Source of the DNA: Balanoglossus misakiensis | Lineage: Eukaryota > Animalia > Hemichordata | DNA: 64,000 nt | NCBI GenBank assembly: GCA_040954595.2 | Contig: CM082584.2 | Location: forward strand, 9,815,061 to 9,879,060 | Direction of reading: 5' to 3' | In this document: positions 13,401 through 26,000 of the stretch, piece by piece | How positions within the stretch are numbered: the stretch's first letter is position 1 | Layout: every line of letters starts with the position of its first letter | Notes under the pieces: generated by a model | Seen by the model: the letters and a program-made list of their open reading frames with translations, nothing else | The model's database searches: none | What the model was told of the DNA's origin: nothing | Program-made: the position numbers and the translations under genes

Positions 13401-16400
13401 ATCGCTCTATCTAGCAATCAATCAATCAATCAATCAATCGATCAATCAAAAATGATCAGTGATTCACTTTCAAGCACATTTTGTTTCCCTGTCTACCATG
13501 TTGCCTGCTTGCTTTTGTATGTGCATTCGCATATAGAGAAGTACTCTCAACTGCAGGGATTAGAGCATTTAGTCAGTAGTAATTTAAGCTTATAATATTA
13601 GCGATTCATTTATTAGAAATTCTGCTTAGAATTCTTCTTGCAAATGATGCAATATTCCCTTCATGCTAGAAGTTGCTGCCAGGGCTTTATGTTTTAATTC
13701 ATTTTCATCCCTTTTCAGGCTTCTTGCATATATATTTTCTTTAATAATATTTAATGTCGTGCGTATTTTCTTTTTTTTCTGCCATACGTTCCCTTTTGGT
13801 GGCTGGTACTCAATAAATGCTTCAGTTGTCTCGCACACCTGGTGTTTGTGTTTTAAAACGCAAGTTTAGCAAGGTGTGCCTGCTTGCTCTCAAAAAGTCA
13901 CCAAGCACAAGGAGAAATAGAGATTTGTGTTAAAATAATTGCCCTGCCTTTAAATCTTCTAGTTGCATTAATTAAACATGTACCCTGTCATACTCTCTGT
14001 AATAGCTCTATTCAAGTTTGGAGATGCATGGATGGTAGAGTTAGCAGTCAACTACACACTGGCTGGCCACAAGATATGATAGATTTGGCGTGTGATTTAC
14101 TAGAGTTGTGCACCAGGATCAAAACTGAAAGAAAATAAACACAGCTAATTTCCAGTCTAACACCATGATCATAAAATATATCTATCCTTCATGGTTTTGG
14201 CTGTAAATTTGCATGCATTTTTTTCTCACGTCTGCTGTGGATAGAAAGCATGTTTTCTGACAAATTCTGTCCATTGGGTGCGTGTTACCCTTATTCATCT
14301 GAAGAACAGAGTGCTTTTCTCGTTTCAGGCCATGCCAGAAGTGGACGAGGAAGGCTTTACTATCCGACCACAGGAAGTAACAGATATCCTTTCAAGAATT
14401 GTCAACATCCTACTCTCAAAATAGTCAGAAGGAAACATTTTTTAGGGAATTCTGAAAACTGTCTTTCACAATGTATTTGATGTCAAAACTGACAACAGTG
14501 TCTACTGCCAGCCTGAGTGTGGGCTTGAATGACAGAATTTCTTGTATTGACTAAAATGTAAAACTCTTGAAGCATTCATGTACAGTGTTTTGAGTTGCAA
14601 CAACCAGTCAGCGAAGTGTTTCATTGAGTAGAACAACGAAAATAATCTTTCAAAAGAAACTAAAATAAACAATTTGAAGTAATCTTGGGTGTGACTTTGA
14701 TAAAATAAAATATCTTCAATTTGATATAATACCACAATGTACATGATTCGCCACAGTGCTGTGTGAATTCCTTAATCGTGGTGCACAGGTCAAAAGAGAC
14801 AGTTTCTACTCAACATCAGGGGATGAGTCGGACCAAGAGGAGAGACGGAAGATTCACGTGGAGATCAAACCGGCCGTGGTTGCTGAGGGACAGAACCCGA
14901 CCGTCAGCAACTCGGTGGACGAACTGAAAGCTGCCATAGGAGGGCTGACATTGTCACCGTCGCCTGCTGTGAGTATTCCACCCAGTCTGTTGTGTGTGTG
15001 TGCGCGGTTGCAGGTGTTAGGGGTCTGTTGTCTGATTGTAGGTTTGATCATGCTTTGAAGGACGGTGACATGACGATGACTGTCCCCGCATGATTCCAAC
15101 AAGGCCACACAGAGGCCTTGTAGAGTAGGAAGCACTGATCCTTGACTATGCTGGAGTCCTTGAGTAGAGATCATTTCCAGGAGTTTTTCCCTACCAGCAG
15201 TTTTAATATCAGCACACTTCTTTTATTTTGTTTTCACAGGGAAGGAAAACTTTTACTAGTAAGTATTTTTATGTTTTCTTGAGCTTTACAAATGACCATG
15301 CAGTATGTATTTTTTATTTCAAACTACAGTTCCCAATTCTGTGCGACTTTTGGACTAAATATGGGAATTTTTTTCTCCATATATGATAGACAATGTAATT
15401 TAATTTTTTTGTTTTATTTTTTTCTCCAGACGGGGAAACAAAGTCAAGAAAAAATGGAGGAAGGTAAGAATCTCAATGAAATGTTGAAGTTTGGTCAGTG
15501 CAACACTGAAAGGAATCTGCAGCGACAAAAACCTTACTTAAAATTATGTGTAACTGAAAATTACATCAGAGAATCACCTCATATAGGTGTATTTGTCGTT
15601 CCATTTACAGTAAACCCAGCAATGATTTAATTGGCTTGGATTTGTTTGGACCGTCGCCGGCGACGACGCCCACAGGGGGCAGCGGTGTCCTCTCTCCCAT
15701 GACCCCAAGTACTGCCAACCCTAGCAGTAACACAACACCTGGATCAACTGCCAGTAAGTCCAATCAGGAATCGGAAATGACAGTATGCTTTCATCCACTG
15801 TTTGCAATGATGTTGGCGAATACGTTTGCCTTGCTTCGAGTTCAAATTCATGATGGCTGCATGAGGAGGCTAGACTTATGGAAAGGGTATGTTTTTGTTT
15901 TGAACACAGGTGGGGAGTTGTGGGGTTCTGTGATTGCCAATGCAGACGCCTCCTCCTCCGACACGCCGCCCGCATTGCCTGCCAAACAGAAGCACATAGC
16001 GGGGACGGTTGGCCCCGGCAACAGCACAGACAAAGGATTACTGCCACCGCCGTCGGCAGCTGGCAGCAATAGCATCGTGCCGCCACCAAGACCGCCGTCA
16101 CGGAACAAGAAAATGGTGAGAACGCTTGGTACCAATGTTGTCACTCGTGTACAGATAGTGAAGAGTTTGAACGCTGTCATGAAATCTTATGTGAATAAAC
16201 ATCCATGTAATGTACACAGAAGACCAGTTTATTTCGAAATTTCTAAAAAAAATTATCATGTTGCATTTGAAGTAGCACTAACGTAGAGCCTACTGTACTA
16301 ACATAAACTCCTCCACCAAAACCTGTTTTAGTTTTCATGATTCCAACAACAGTTTATACTACTTCCTTTCAACTCTGCATCGCAGCGGTCAAGTCCAGTA

Positions 16401-19400
16401 CCAGACTCTTTACCTCGCCAGGACAGCTCCTCGTCGCTGTCATCCATGACGTTTGGCGCGTCACCGGTGGTTGGTGGATCGCGCGGCCCCAGTCCGTTGA
16501 CGCTCGGCATGTCCGACAATATACCAATCGCTGCAGCTTTCCAAGAATGTATCAACGCTTATTTCAAAGGCATTGACCAGTCCAAGTGAGTGAATGTGCT
16601 GATTCTTTAGCTGAGATGTTTCCAAATTAAACCACCCTCAGCATTTGATCGTTGTAAAATTTCACCTTTCGGCAAATGATATTTTGTACTGATTCCTTGT
16701 CGGAACAATTCGAGTTTTCACTTCTGCATCTTTCTCTTTCAGATGTATGGTCAAGATAACCGGGGAAATGATGATATCATTTCCAGCCGGTATCATTCAA
16801 GTTTTAACTAGTAATCCAAATCCTGCAGTATTAACTATTAAAATTCAAAATTCTAATAAATTAGAACAAGTTTTACCCAATAAACAGCTAGTAACAATGT
16901 AAGTATTTCTGTTATTAACTGCTAAAAGCTTGTAATGAAATCTTGTATTATAGTCGGTGTACAAATAATATTGATGAGCATTTTTATCTCCCATTTGTAT
17001 TTAATTTCTTCCTCTTTTACAATAATTTCGGAAAACATGGAATGATTTTGCCGTATTGACAGTGCATTTGCCATTCTTAAAATGACATATCTGTACCACA
17101 AATAGACCATTTTTATTGACTATTTTGAATTCTACCATCCCTTTATTGCAGAGATGAAGCACAAAGTACGGATATTAGTACAGTGTATGTTTTTAATATG
17201 TCAGCATTAATATCATTATTAAAGAGGCAGTCGGATCAAAATGTCACGGCGTCATATTTCAATGTAGATATTCTGAAGTATCAGGTGAGTTCAGTGATTG
17301 ATATAGAACTAATATACATGTGCATTAATACGTAAATGTTTTATAATGTGCCAACACAAGCCAGGGTGTTTATAATGATGGCCATAGCTTGTCAATCAAG
17401 CAGTATGGTGTTTTTCGAAAAGAGTGAGCAGGTCCTGCCCTCCTGATTTTATATACAGTACTGTATCTCAAGCTGGTTTCTAAATCACATAATGGTCGAA
17501 GTAACCCTTTCCTTTCCTTTGACCAAATCATTGTCAACAGATTCTTAATAAATACATCTGTTTTCATGTATTGCACGTAGGTTAAGACTTTACCCGGTGT
17601 ATCTTCTACGCCGCTACAACTTTGTACATATTGGAGATGTGACCCTACCGTCACGGACCTGCGAGTGGACTACCGATACAACTCATCAGCCATGGCTAAA
17701 CCTGTGACATTATCTGGTGTGCAATTGATAGTGCCTGTGGATGGCGGTGTGACTGTTATGCAGTCCAAGCCCCCAGCGACATGGTGAGTAGAGGCTGATT
17801 AAAAGCTGTGTGGCCATGTGATAGGAGAATTGTATTGTATTGTATTGTATTGTATTGTATTGTATTGTATTGTATTGTATCGTATCGTGTCGTGTCGTGT
17901 CGTGTTGCATTGTATTGTATTGTATTGTATTGTATTGTATTGCATTGCATTGTATTGTATTGTATTGTATTGTATTGTATTGTATTGTATTGTATTGAAT
18001 TGTATTGTATTGTATTGTATTGTATTGTATTGTACAAAGATGGCAGGATCAAGTTTAGCCTGTACATTCTTAATGTGGATTGAACTTAATTGAAATTAAT
18101 GTTCTTCTGTTTATACAGGTCAGCAGACAGCAAGAGAGCGTTATGGAAACTAAATGACATCCAGCCTAACACTGACGGCGCCAACTCGCTGCGCGCCAAG
18201 TTTGACCTGGCCGAGGGTCCGAGCAAACCGGCCACGGTGGCCGTGCAGTTCGCGACCGAAGGCACCACGCTGTCGGGCATCGACATTGAGATCGTTGGTG
18301 TAGGATATAGGTTGTCGTTAGTAAAGAAACGATTTGCGTCTGGTAAGTACCTGGGTTGATCAGTGTGTATCACCTTGGTAGGATGCCGGCTTGTGTCTTG
18401 CTACAAAAAAAAAAAAAAAATACATTTTTTTCTTCACCCGACCAGCGCAAAAGAACTTGTATATGAACAGCAGTTGAATTGACATTGGTCAGTGATGTTT
18501 TTAATAGTACTGGAAAAGGTGTGTAGCTGTTTACTTGCTGTGTATGTCAATGGGAGTCTTCAGCATTGAAACAACACAAGTGAAACACTTACATGAATAC
18601 AGTGTGTGGTCTTGATCAGCAGTGTTGCTAATCAACACAGTTACTAGATGTGAAACTGTTTTGATACAGTTACGTTTTAAAATGTCTCATGTCAATGCTA
18701 CTGATGTTGATTCCATTGCTGTTTGTATCAGGTTTTTTTTTGCGCTGGTCTAATGAACAATGGTGTAAAAAACTACCATATCAATTATCATTGTGTGGCT
18801 GTGTGTCAGTCATCACAGCATGTAACCATCTGTAAAGAAACAAAACTTGCTACCTTTTTGCCGTTGGTTATTTTTTGCTCAGTGCACTTATATTTAGTAT
18901 AATTGTAATTTTAAATATGGTGAGTGAAGTTACAAACCAAGACAGAGACCAGGTTTGAGCAAGCAGTACAATAACTTCCCATCGAAACAAACAAACAAAT
19001 AACCGACCAACCAACCAACCAAATAAATAACTTTAAAAGATATCAACTTCTCCTTTTCAGTAAAACCAATTGCCTATTATTCTGTAATTTGACTTGGTTT
19101 CTATAGGTTTACATTTACATATATTCAGATTTAGGTGGAATGTGCTGACATTTTGGTTTGAATGAGGCATGGACAGGGAAAGATATATAACACACTAACA
19201 TTAAAATTTTCATCATCAATGTCAAATCTGTAGAACATGTATTATTTTGCATTATTATCGTTAATGATTTCGTATTCTGTTGATGTACACATTTTCTTTT
19301 TTTTTGCAATACACATTATAAAGGAAACTTAATAGTTGTAACACTGATTCTCTTAAGGGGCTTCTTGTTATGATTGAGTGAATCCCTCAGTTTGCAAACA

Positions 19401-19704
19401 AGTTTAGACTCTCACAGCAATCTCTGCAGAACACCATTTTACATTTAATGTGGTTGTTTTAAATTTATTTTTACCGTGCTTTAACATTTCAATTCATCCG
19501 CTTAAATTTGTGTGTTTGCAAGCCTCATCTCGATAATGCATCGTGTGGTCATGGTTTTTCCCCGAAAGAAAGAAAGCTCACACGCAAAGTTGTACTACAC
19601 CTCCCGCTAAAAGGCCCCGGGCCGAAAAATCCGAACTATGGCACTCACTGACGAGCTGCTCTGTTTTTCCTCGTCCCACAGGCAAGTACCTGTCAGACAG
19701 TTAA
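4500..19704 (+). CDS. FCHO2: F-BAR domain only protein (FCHO1/2-like muniscin; F-BAR + low-complexity linker + mu-homology domain)
   Basis: Exons: 4500-4526 (MTGFVENFW), 9004-9095 ([16 protein letters not shown]), 9329-9403, 10026-10167, 10331-10402, 10564-10669, 10853-10932, 11107-11205, 11408-11504 ([10 protein letters not shown]), 11847-11973 (AFEECD), 12212-12233, [candidate cassettes 12567-12635, 12846-12917], 14329-14383 ([10 protein letters not shown]), 14787-14968, 15240-15258, 15430-15463, 15611-15753, 15910-16115, 16386-16585 ([10 protein letters not shown]...AYFKG), 16743-16898, 17152-17284 ([10 protein letters not shown]), 17581-17783, 18119-18342, 19682-19704 (GKYLSDS*). Phases are consistent throughout and the motifs match FCHO2 as remembered. 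Confidence 0.95.
11595..11686 (+). mobile_element. ~90-bp MITE-like repeat, copy 1 (TTAA/CCCT..AGGG/TTAA ends, piggyBac-like)
   Basis: CCTTTCACCACCATGGTT..TCCAAACCCATTGTTTTCT..GGGAACTGGGGGTG..GGGTTAA; similar to the copies at 20825-20900, 44263-44355 and 44521-44581. Confidence 0.65.
13350..13449. repeat. Compound tetranucleotide microsatellite (CACT)n/(ATCA)n
   Basis: Directly visible in an FCHO intron. Confidence 0.85.
14384..14786 (+). other. U12-type (minor spliceosome) AT-AC intron in the FCHO gene
   Basis: 5' splice site ATATCCTTT (14384-14392), branch site TTCCTTAAT (14768-14776) ten nt before the terminal AC (14785-14786), no polypyrimidine tract. Joining G|AG restores the frame (..[12 protein letters not shown]..). 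Confidence 0.85.
17829..18033. repeat. (ATTGT)n pentanucleotide microsatellite with GTCGT/ATTGC variants
   Basis: About 40 units in the FCHO intron 17784-18118; explains the spurious YNTIQ and IVLYC ORFs. Confidence 0.97.
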
Positions 19705-20824
19705 CGCAGTACCGATCACAAAAAAAGCCAAACAAAAATACCGACTCTGCTCCATCTCATATGCCTGGGTGTCATGTTGTGTGTACTGTCGACAGACTTC
19801 TTCAGATATACTGAAGCTTACCTTCTAGGATTCTCACGGTGGTACCAACACTGCTATAACTAAAGAAATAGGTACTTCTGCTTCTACCACATTGGGTATG
19901 CAGCTTCAGGGTACTCACATTATAAGGGCAGTTATTAATGCTAAAAATATTACACAAACTTCATGTATATATTATATTATTCAGGGTGCCATCATGTTTT
20001 AAATCCATAACTTGAATATTTTTACAAAAAGTGCCAGTTTGAGAAATCACATTTTAGGATAAGGCCACAGTTGTGTTAAACTGGCGTGTACATTGCATTG
20101 GTTTATGGGGAAAGTGAGACTTCATGTGTTTTGATTAGAGTTGACTAGATCAGTGCTTTGCAGTACAGTTTTGTGTTTCATTTTTGTCTTGAGATTTTGT
20201 GGTAGCTTTGATTGCATCACATTACTGGTTCAGTGAGAATGACACTGTACTGTCAGTTTCTTCGTTTTCACGTGCAACTTGGATCTCATGAACAGATATC
20301 AGAAGGCATCAAGATGGCTTTTTTCTAGTGACACTCACTCCCACAGTCTACTTCCAGAAATTGCATTTGTAGTGTTATCCAAAATCACACAGTTCTCTCG
20401 TTGTCATTCTTGTTGACACTATAAATAAAGCCACTCGCATCGTCATGTGGGTCTCATCCCTGAGATTTCTCCCGTGAACCAAATGTTCAAATCAGACTTT
20501 TTAGACTGTTCAAAAAATTAATCCTCCTGTAAATAAAAGTGTGGCCAATCGTACTGAATTAATCTTCATTCATACATATAACTAGGTGGCCCCTGACAAG
20601 TCCCCTCAGCCCAAGGAATAATCTATCATGTACCACAGCTGGTACTGTGTGTAAAAAAAATGCTGTGTATGGTTTGTAGTGCTGCTGGCAAGCAATGTAG
20701 TAATTTAGTGTTTATGATCTTTAAGACAGTAATCTGCACGGCCGAGGTCATCTCCATAAGTTTTGCAAATTACACCAGAGAATCTTCGGGACCCCGAGTG
20801 GTGACCTATAGGGCATTTCTTTTG

Positions 20825-20900
20825 AAACCTGTTCATCCCCAGTTCCCTTTATCACGGAAAACAATGGATTTGGACTGGATCATAGTGGTGAAAAGGTTCA
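20825..20900 (-). mobile_element. ~90-bp MITE-like repeat, copy 2 (inverted, internally deleted), in the probable FCHO 3' UTR
   Basis: Reverse complement reads CCTTTTCACCACTATGATCCAGTCCAAATCCATTGTTTTCC..AGGGAACTGGGGATGAACAGG, matching copies 1 and 3. Confidence 0.6.
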
Positions 20901-22063
20901 ACCAATCAGTGCTCCTTTTTGAAGGTCTTGACTTTGACTTCACAGTTTATGTTGTTAAAATTATATTGATAGCAAGGGGCAACAGATTTTATTGATGTGT
21001 AAGTTTTCCTCGTTTTGTGTTTATAATATATCATCAGGTAAGGAAATGCGTACATAAGATGGTGTTCACATTTTTCTTTGTTAAAAACTTCATTGACAGT
21101 TGCTGTAAAAGTAATTTTTCATTTGATATTGAAATTCACATTATTTCCAATGTGTGAATGTCATAGTTAACTAAAAACACAACTGCCATCAGAAACAAAA
21201 AAGAAGAAGCGAGATTTCTATGTGAAAAATCCAAGCTTTATAGAACTCAGTAGATTTTACTGAAAATTTAACGGAATTTTTTGTCCATCCCTGATAATGA
21301 CAATTTCGTTGGGTTATGTATCTGCATACACAATCATGTATTTTTTCATGATTTTTTTGCATTACTGAGCTAGTCATGGATTTGTTGAAAAATGTCACAT
21401 CTATTTGCAGTTTTCAGACCATAAATGTAGTCTGCTGGGTGCCGGTGATGCCATGTAAATTCTGAGGTAGTTGTACTTTATGCGTTATTGCTAAGGTATT
21501 GAAGAAAAGGTTTGCGAGAAAATTTACAGATAAATAGACATCTACATAATGTAAGAGCCATTCATTTATGAGACAGTAATGTTAATTTACACCTAGACAA
21601 GAAAATTACAGTAATTATCTTTTTTAAGCCATCAAGTTCTAATGAGTCTGTCTTCTTTTGATGTGTGTTGCTTTGTGGGTGTGATGTGTGGGTCAGTGCA
21701 CACTGGAGATTGTTAAAGGGCGACGATCGGTTACAAAAAATGTTTACAGTTAATGCTAAACTTAAAAGAGAGATTTTAGTGATATCAGACATGAATAAAA
21801 AATAAGTCCCGATATCAAACTTAAGAGGGCGCTTCAGTCGTGTAGAATGTTGCATGCTGATGCTGGATTGTGGCCACTTTCATCTCGAGATTTGCTTGAT
21901 TTGACAAATTTGCGAGCCTTGTTTACTCTACACACTGACGTGGCTGACATCGATGTTTATTTTATAGCATTTCTGCGATATTGTTGCATCCCCCTCCCCC
22001 ACCCCTGTCAATTTCAAAAAAGCGGCCATCAAATGAAATATATGTTAACGGTGCCTTAGGGGG

Positions 22064-22104
22064 CTATGACGTCATATAGCAACAGACCAAAGGAGGTGTT
22101 ACAG
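22064..22104 (+). promoter_or_regulatory. Probable distal SLC4A11 promoter / non-coding first exon with a palindromic CRE
   Basis: TATGACGTCATA (TGACGTCA at 22067-22074) followed by TAGCAAC (RFX-like half site) and a donor CAG|GTATTT at 22104/22105. An acceptor at 22464-22465 precedes the ATG at 22470. Confidence 0.4.
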
Positions 22105-22469
22105 GTATTTGAGGCACTTTCATATATATTTGATACCATTCAGACTGTTATTGTTGGTATATCGCTCTGTTTTGTGTAGTTATAGTACACTTCGTCTCTT
22201 TGGGTGGCACAGGCGAGGATATCACGTTTGAGTTTTGAAAAGCAACGGCCCGTCTCCGCCCTGTGGAAGAATCGCGTGTTTGTTCTCTGATGGAACGTCC
22301 ATTGTTTGACTAAAAAAACTAGTGAAAAACATAAAGAACGTACTATATAACTCCGCATATTCGTTTTAATAATATTTAATACATCGTTTGCGTGTTGACT
22401 GTTGGATTAATATTAGTACGGGAGGACTTCAAGTCTCTGGTTTGATGTGTTTTTGCCTGCGTTAGATGG

Positions 22470-23014
22470 ATGATGAGCGACAAGGGCGAACGAGACCTTG
22501 ATGGGGACAGGAAAGAAGCAATCGAGTTGCCAGAAGTGAGAGTAGTCACAACTTCGGCGGATGAAATCGCTTTGAACAACAATACTCTTGCGGTCGTCGA
22601 ATCAACGCAACCTCAGCCACCGCCCACTAGCAGCAATGTGCCGGTCATCAACACTGCCGTCTCCTCCGCAGATGGCCCATCTTCATCTTCATCTTCACGA
22701 ATCCGCAGTCTCAGCCTCGGCCAGGAGGGCTCCAGGAGACGTACATCGTCGTTTGCCGTTTCGAAAGAAATCCTCACCGGCCAGCAGATAGTGGCATCTA
22801 ATTTATTAGTGTACCGCGCCGATTCTGAATCAGGTATGTTGATATGCAGTGGCTCGAGGTTTTGCATGGTTTTTGCCGTCCACACAATATTATACCAGGC
22901 AAACCCTCGAACTTTGCAGCATTGCTGAGAAGTTTCCCTTTGACTGAACACTGCCATTGAGGTCCATGAGGTACCTTCATGACTTTGTTTCCTGAAAAGA
23001 AAACTTCCATACAG

Positions 23015-23079
<65 letters not shown>

Positions 23080-26000
23080 TTTCACAGTCAGCTACTTTTG
23101 ACAATAAGTTCTTTAATAAGTTATTGCGGTTTCAAGTAAGTGGGGGCCTGAGGTTGTGATATGTTGATTTGCCAAGTGTATCCATATTTGCTCTGTAGTC
23201 TACACGTTCGTACATTCAACTCAGACCATTGGCAAAGTCGCGGTAGGAGTGAAAGACATGGTGTTATTGCGTTCAAGAAGTATCTGCAGGCATGCTGCTC
23301 TGCCAATGCATGGTACAATGAAATTCTTGATACTCGATGTTAAAAATAAGTTTTATCATATAACCTGACATGCATATTCGACAGGTGTCACAAAAAGCAC
23401 AATTGTGGATAAACATACGGCCTACATATTCTGACACATTACTTGATTGTTTGACCTTTCAAGCCTTCTGCATTAATCACTGTCCCTACCACTACGGGGG
23501 TGTTTTAAACTGTCTTGACGGGGAAAAAACAAGTGGTGTGTCTTTTAACTTATCAAATAGACAAAATTTGCAAAAAAATTCCTGTTTTAGAGTTTTAACT
23601 TACGAGTTGCCTAGCAGTAGGTAGCCTTTTTTATTGAAAGACAAACTAAATCGCTGATGTGTCTAAATTTAGTTGCAGTACAGAATTCTGCCAGTGGGTT
23701 ATTTCCTTAATTGACTAAATCAGTAGTTTCTGGTTAGTAGTGACCTTTATTTTTTATATTTCTGTTTTAAAGTTGACAATTTATGCACCACAGGGAAGTG
23801 TGCATCTGACTGTTCAATGACATATACAAGGCCATGTAATTTTGTTGAACTGTAGTTATATCGATTGCATGACAACCAAATGACTTTATTTTTTCTTGTG
23901 GAATCCTTGGTAGGAGCATATGATAAATCAGTTATCGCCCACCAAGAGGTGATGTCGGGCGATAACCTCATAATATCTGGTTGTGATAATCTGACTTCGA
24001 ACTCCTGAGATAACACCAACTAAAAAATCAGGTGACCAATTCATTAATATGTTTTTCCTTTTTTGTCCTAAATTTAGTGGGCGTTTATCTGAGTGGTGTA
24101 AACACTCAAGTGGATAAGATTTTCTGTTTGTTTGATCGTTTTTGATGTTTTGACACAAGTCCCTAGACCTGTTTTGATTAAAGTGCCATTAGCGCTTTGG
24201 TCCGATGACTAAACCAGCCAAGCAATCTACTGTTGCTAGATGCACATGTACCTGCACCAGTGAACAATTTTGTGTATAGCGCCATCTAGAGGATTTACAA
24301 ACAAGCTCTTTTGAACTGGTCAGAAACTTGTAAGAAACTGGTCAGAAACTTGTAAGAAACTGGTCAAAAATTTGTCAGAAACATATTTCATGATTAACAA
24401 CTTACTTTAAATTTTTACACCTTTGTACGCCTGTGTGGCATAATTGTAGTCAGTAGCATTATTAGTATATATGGGGTATGATATGAATATATAAATTTGT
24501 ACACAGTCAGGATAATAGCTCTGATTTTGAGATGAAGTAAACTGTAGTAATTCATGCGGTATCAATGTTGATTTTCCAAAGAATGTGATGTATTTTTCGG
24601 CATGCTTTCTTGCGCACAATGCAAGGTTTGATTGAATGAACTGTGCAGTAAATTACTGCCCTCGTAGCATTGTTCCACATTCATATTGTGAAACTAACTG
24701 TAGGATAATGGAGTTGAAATATTTCATTTAATTTGGGGGATAAACCAGTTTGATAATCAACCGAAAGCTCAAAGTTAACTACTGTGAATATCGATCTATC
24801 TGTCTTTATCTGTCCATCTGTCGGTCTATCCATCTGTCGGTCTGTTTCTCTGTCTGTCGTTATAGATTCCACACATGAAATTTACATTTTACACTGTCGT
24901 TCAATCATTGTTTGTCAATCATTGCTGCTGAATATAATTCATCACAAGCTGCCTGAGTTGTCTTTTCGTCTGTAAATGAATTTTTTTCATTTGAAATTTC
25001 AACCCCTTTAAACTGTATCTTATGAACAGAAATTGTGTTGTCATTTAATTGGCTTCCAGTTCGACGTTTGTTATTGTGTTTTTATCACTCAAAGAAACTC
25101 CAGACATTCTTGTACTTTCTTACATCTATATAATTCACGAACTCCACCATAACTTAGAATCATGGCACCATTCATTACTGAGTTTCCCCCTGCAAAGCAT
25201 TAAATCCCAGAGGCAGTGGCGACATGGAGTTTGCTGGGAGATAATATAACGCGGCCTTTACGCATTTTAATGGATCCGCTACGTGAACCCGATGGCCTCG
25301 AGGAATTCCTGTTTGTTTTAATGTACAGAAACTGATCCACATATTGATGGTGGAGAACATTTGGTGGTGTATAGTTTTTGCATCAAAAGTGGCTGCATGA
25401 CCAGCAGACATATCATAAAGGGCCAGTATCAGTATCTGTAATTTATGATCATTTTTAATTTTTTTCCCCTATATATCAACCGTGGTTCAAATATTTCTTC
25501 TTCCATTTCCCAAAATGTGATCAACTGCCCAGTATCATCTTCTCAACCTCGTCGATATAAATGCATAATATGCTTTGAAATATGAGGAATTAAATATTTA
25601 TATGTTTCAGGTGTTTTTTTCAAAGTAGAAAATTGACAACTAATTGATATAATGAGAAAATGAATAAACATTGAATAATTTATGACCTGTTCAGTGCAAA
25701 GGAATTCAATATTTGAGAGCAAATTTTTAACAGTCGGCATACTTACAATGTACAATTAAATTGGATTTGCAGGGAACTAGGGACAACATAAAATTTATGT
25801 ATGAAAATTTTCTGCATGATTGATTCCCCCCACATTTTGATGTACAAAACATGACTAAATGAAATGGAATGAAAATAGGAAATACGAAATTAAAGAAACA
25901 TATTGCTGTTTATAACTGTGCCTTTGACACAAAAGGTTAGTTAATGAAAACGTGATGAAATTATGTTCACGGTCGGTAGTGGCCTATTGCTCTCCATAAC

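Noticed and set aside
17710-18093. ORFs with YNTIQ / IVLYC repeats
   Set aside because: Translations of the intronic (ATTGT)n microsatellite.
19107-19165. Alternative FCHO terminal exon after TATAG
   Set aside because: The peptide does not resemble the conserved G(K/R)YL ending; 19682-19704 fits better.
22613-23104. Minus-strand poly-Asp and poly-Met ORFs
   Set aside because: Produced by the (ATC)n repeat and the antisense of a real exon.
24314-24382. CRISPR-like short repeats (also 37119-37173 and 38846-38876)
   Set aside because: Head-to-tail tandem duplications without spacers, in eukaryotic introns, with no cas genes.
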